From: Tubulanus polymorphus
Lineage: Eukaryota; Animalia; Nemertea
DNA length: 64,000 nucleotides
Assembly: GCF_964204645.1 (NCBI RefSeq)
Contig: NC_134030.1
Location: 9,575,222-9,639,221 of the forward strand
Reading direction: 5' to 3'
The position numbers and the translations under genes were made by a program. The notes under the pieces were generated by a model, which was not told the DNA's origin, made no database searches, and was given only the letters and a program-made list of their open reading frames with translations. This document shows, in pieces, positions 61,031 through 64,000 of the stretch; position 1 is the stretch's first letter; each line of letters starts with the position of its first letter.

Positions 61031-63123
61031 AGACTACCTGATGCATTTGAAAAAAGTATATGTATATGTGTGCGTGGCCGGGTGCGTGGGTTGCGAGTGA
61101 CTCTGTAAGGGGGCTCTGATTCAGATCAGTCATATTTCGACAAAACTGGCACTCTCTTGTATATCATTATTACTATATATTGTTAAAAAGGTTCATACGC
61201 AACCTTGCAAACTTTTCAATCATAAACTGTTTTAAATTGAAATGCAAAATAAATTCATTCATTCGACAACTAGAAAATTTGCGCTGTGTCAAATTCGACA
61301 AAAATCATCGATTCGTGGAGTATATTCGCTTTCGGACTGTCACGGGCTCAAGCGAAACCTCTCTCATCAGGTGACGGCATTTCCGGGAAACTAATGCATT
61401 ATTTCCACGAGTGAAAAGTCTCATTTCTAACCCCGCATATCCGTGTTCGGCCCGTGCTTCCGGAACTCGTTAGTTGACGTACGCGTAACGCTTGTAACAG
61501 ATAAATGTCTTCGCCTTTTTACGCCCGCGGTTGGATTCGGGAGACCCAGGCTGAAATCGGTTATCGGAGTTAGTCGACTATTTTACGAACTACAGGAAAT
61601 TGATTGTCAGTAAGTCGGAACTATGGTCCGGAAATAGTCGACCACGTGACCGAGCACCGGTCGCTGTAGTTGGGACATAGTTCCAAGATTGCCGACAACG
61701 TGTAATGCGTTGTGACCGAACCATAGCGCGTTTGGTTATTAGTTCCGCAACTTCTAGTCGAGTGTCGACAAAAACCGTAGTTCGCCCAGGTTTACACATA
61801 TTTAGCGTACCAGATTTAAGATGAATAAGACTTGGACCTTCGATTTTTAGACTCATTGTATTTTTAGATTTAGACTGTGCTCTGGGCCCGATTTCACGAA
61901 TAAGTTTAAGCCTAAAACGGTTAAGTTTGAATTGTTGTCCTCATTGAAAACATGAAGTAACCAATCAGCAATTACACCAAAAATTTGAGTTAACTTCTTT
62001 TGTGAAACTGGGCCCTGGAAATATCTTTGAATTTTGACTAGGACGGGTTCTGTATAATTTGATTGAGAGTTTATCAAGATGTAACTGATAAAGATTATTA
62101 AGACATCTGGCCTTCCGTAAAGGGGTATCAAACAAAATATATAATCATTTTATGTTATTTTCGGCGTGTAAAGCCACGTAGAAATATATTCGATTGGTAT
62201 TGTTCGTTCCCAAAAATGAACATTTCCAAAAATCGTACGTGCCCGATAAAACGTTATCGGTCGTAATCATTTCTACGTAAACAGTTTATATTTTTCTCTA
62301 AATCGTCGCAGGTATTTCGACTGAAAACCATATAATATTCCTTTTTCTAGATTCATCGGTTCATTTTTTTCTATTCACATCGGTATGCGTATATAACGCT
62401 TCTTTTTCGAAGTAACTGGTTAACGTAACAATCAAAAGCTTTTTCAATTACGGTTTTCGATAGAACGATATTTCGATGGGCCACATTCGTCGACGATTCC
62501 CCATTATGTCGTCGATCTTTTACGTCAAAGCCACGGCATGACATTCTGTCACAGTCACAGTGGTTCTTTTGTGTTAGATTTCGTCAGAAAACTGGATTGA
62601 AAAAATACAATTGTTACACATGTTCACGTCGTTTTATGTATATAAAGTGATTATTTTTGTAATTCGAAAGAAAAATAACCACTAGATATACCTAGCGCCA
62701 TATAGATCTGTCAGTCATTCCTCTGAACGAGTTTCAGTTTTCTAGTATTTTTGCGCGTTAAGATCCGCCGATTCATTCAAATAGCTGATGGAAGAGGTCA
62801 GGGTTAAACAATAAACACGTGACCTAAAACAGCACTACACTACAATCCGAATTCGAATCCACATGCTCCAATCCAATGAGTATCCACACTTGAATTGCTG
62901 ATATCGACGCTTGTCGAAAATAATACACACAGGGTCGGAGTCGGTCTAGGTGGGTCTATCACGAAAGAAGGCAAGCCCATACTTTTGTCTTAAGCAATCG
63001 CCACGCTTCAACGGTACCAGTAGTGTCCAAAAGGTAATAGATTAAATTTATAGTGTATGTCTATATACGTATGTTTATGTAATTTGCCCATCTATGTATG
63101 TATTCACACATGAATTATAATTT

Positions 63124-63990
63124 TGTAAAACTTTAAGATTCCTGAATCCTCCAAACAACCAAGATCAATCCGCAAAGAGACACGTTAGTTTACGAGTATG
63201 ATGATGATTCCAGTTTATTGACGATAGTGAAAGTGTCGAATCGAGAGTCAGATCGAGAGTGACCCCGAAAACATATTACAAATCCATTTTATACATTTCA
63301 ATGAAGTATAAACAAATACTGTGTAGTCATGGAGTTGGTCAACGACTGCCTGATCATGCTAATCGCGCATAATCTGTTTGACCATCTCCATGACTATAAT
63401 ACTAAGACTATAAGAAGCTTAACAAATATATAGTAAATACGGCTTATGCCTAACATAGCCCTCCCCTTTCTTAAAAGTTCGACTCGAACTTACAAATAAA
63501 AAAATTACATTAAAATGAAAGCATTATACAAGTTTTATAGTTGAGGAAAGGGGGGTTAAAAAAAAAGAATTTTAAATACAAAAAAAAAACAATTTACATA
63601 AACAAAAAAAAAGGTAATAATATAAAATACATATGTAGATAAAGATAACGAATATGCCAAATATAAAAGAAACTGAGTACCCAAAGACGGATGAAGTAAA
63701 TTAACGAAATAAGTAAACGTTAGTTTACGAGTATGATGATGATTCCAGTTTATTGACGATAGTGAAAGTGTCGAATCGAGAGTCAGATCGAGAGTGACCC
63801 CGAAAACATATTACAAATCCATTTTATACATTTCAATGAAGTATAAACAAATACTGTGTAGTCATGGAGTTGGTCAACGACTGCCTGATCATGCTAATCG
63901 CGCATAATCTGTTTGACCATCTCCATGACTATAATACTAAGACTATAAGAAGCTTAACAAATATATAGTAAATACGGCTTATGCCTAACA
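63124..63990 (-). mobile_element. Internally deleted non-autonomous LTR retrotransposon (Gypsy-like, recent)
   Basis: 274-bp apparently identical direct repeats at 63182-63455 and 63717-63990. The full LTR is 63124-63455 (TG...CA). 4-bp TSD ATTT at 63120-63123 and 63991-63994. Polypurine tract AAGAAAGGGGAGGG (minus strand, 63459-63472) lies 3 nt from the LTR. TATAAAA and AATAAA occur inside the LTR on the minus strand. Confidence 0.8.
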
Positions 63991-64000
63991 ATTTTGTAAT

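Overview
AT-rich but CpG-undepleted animal genomic DNA, probably an invertebrate bilaterian, with spliced genes on the minus strand. (1) A complete 8-exon gene (32881-44214) encodes a SAMD1-type winged helix, a second H15-like winged helix, a double PHD finger and a SAMD1-type SAM domain. This is a KAT6/MOZ-like N-terminus joined to a SAMD1 C-terminus, with no MYST HAT domain. (2) A complete 8-exon CNBD2-like gene with two cyclic-nucleotide-binding domains (48689-54696). (3) A multi-exon gene for an acidic, low-complexity protein of unknown family (about 16.5-24.9 kb), and a further first exon starting MGNEQS (13914-14073). (4) An initiator tRNA-Met gene with a degenerate copy beside it. Non-coding DNA holds many MITEs (Tigger/pogo-, piggyBac-, Harbinger- and P-like), LINE remnants, a young internally deleted LTR element at the right end, and (TA)n arrays. 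It also holds several Penelope-type minimal hammerhead ribozyme motifs. Two of these sit at the centre of about 100-bp-arm foldback insertions flanked by target-site duplications. Exon boundaries were read by eye from GT/AG sites and reading-frame phase. Homology statements are from memory, not from database searches.
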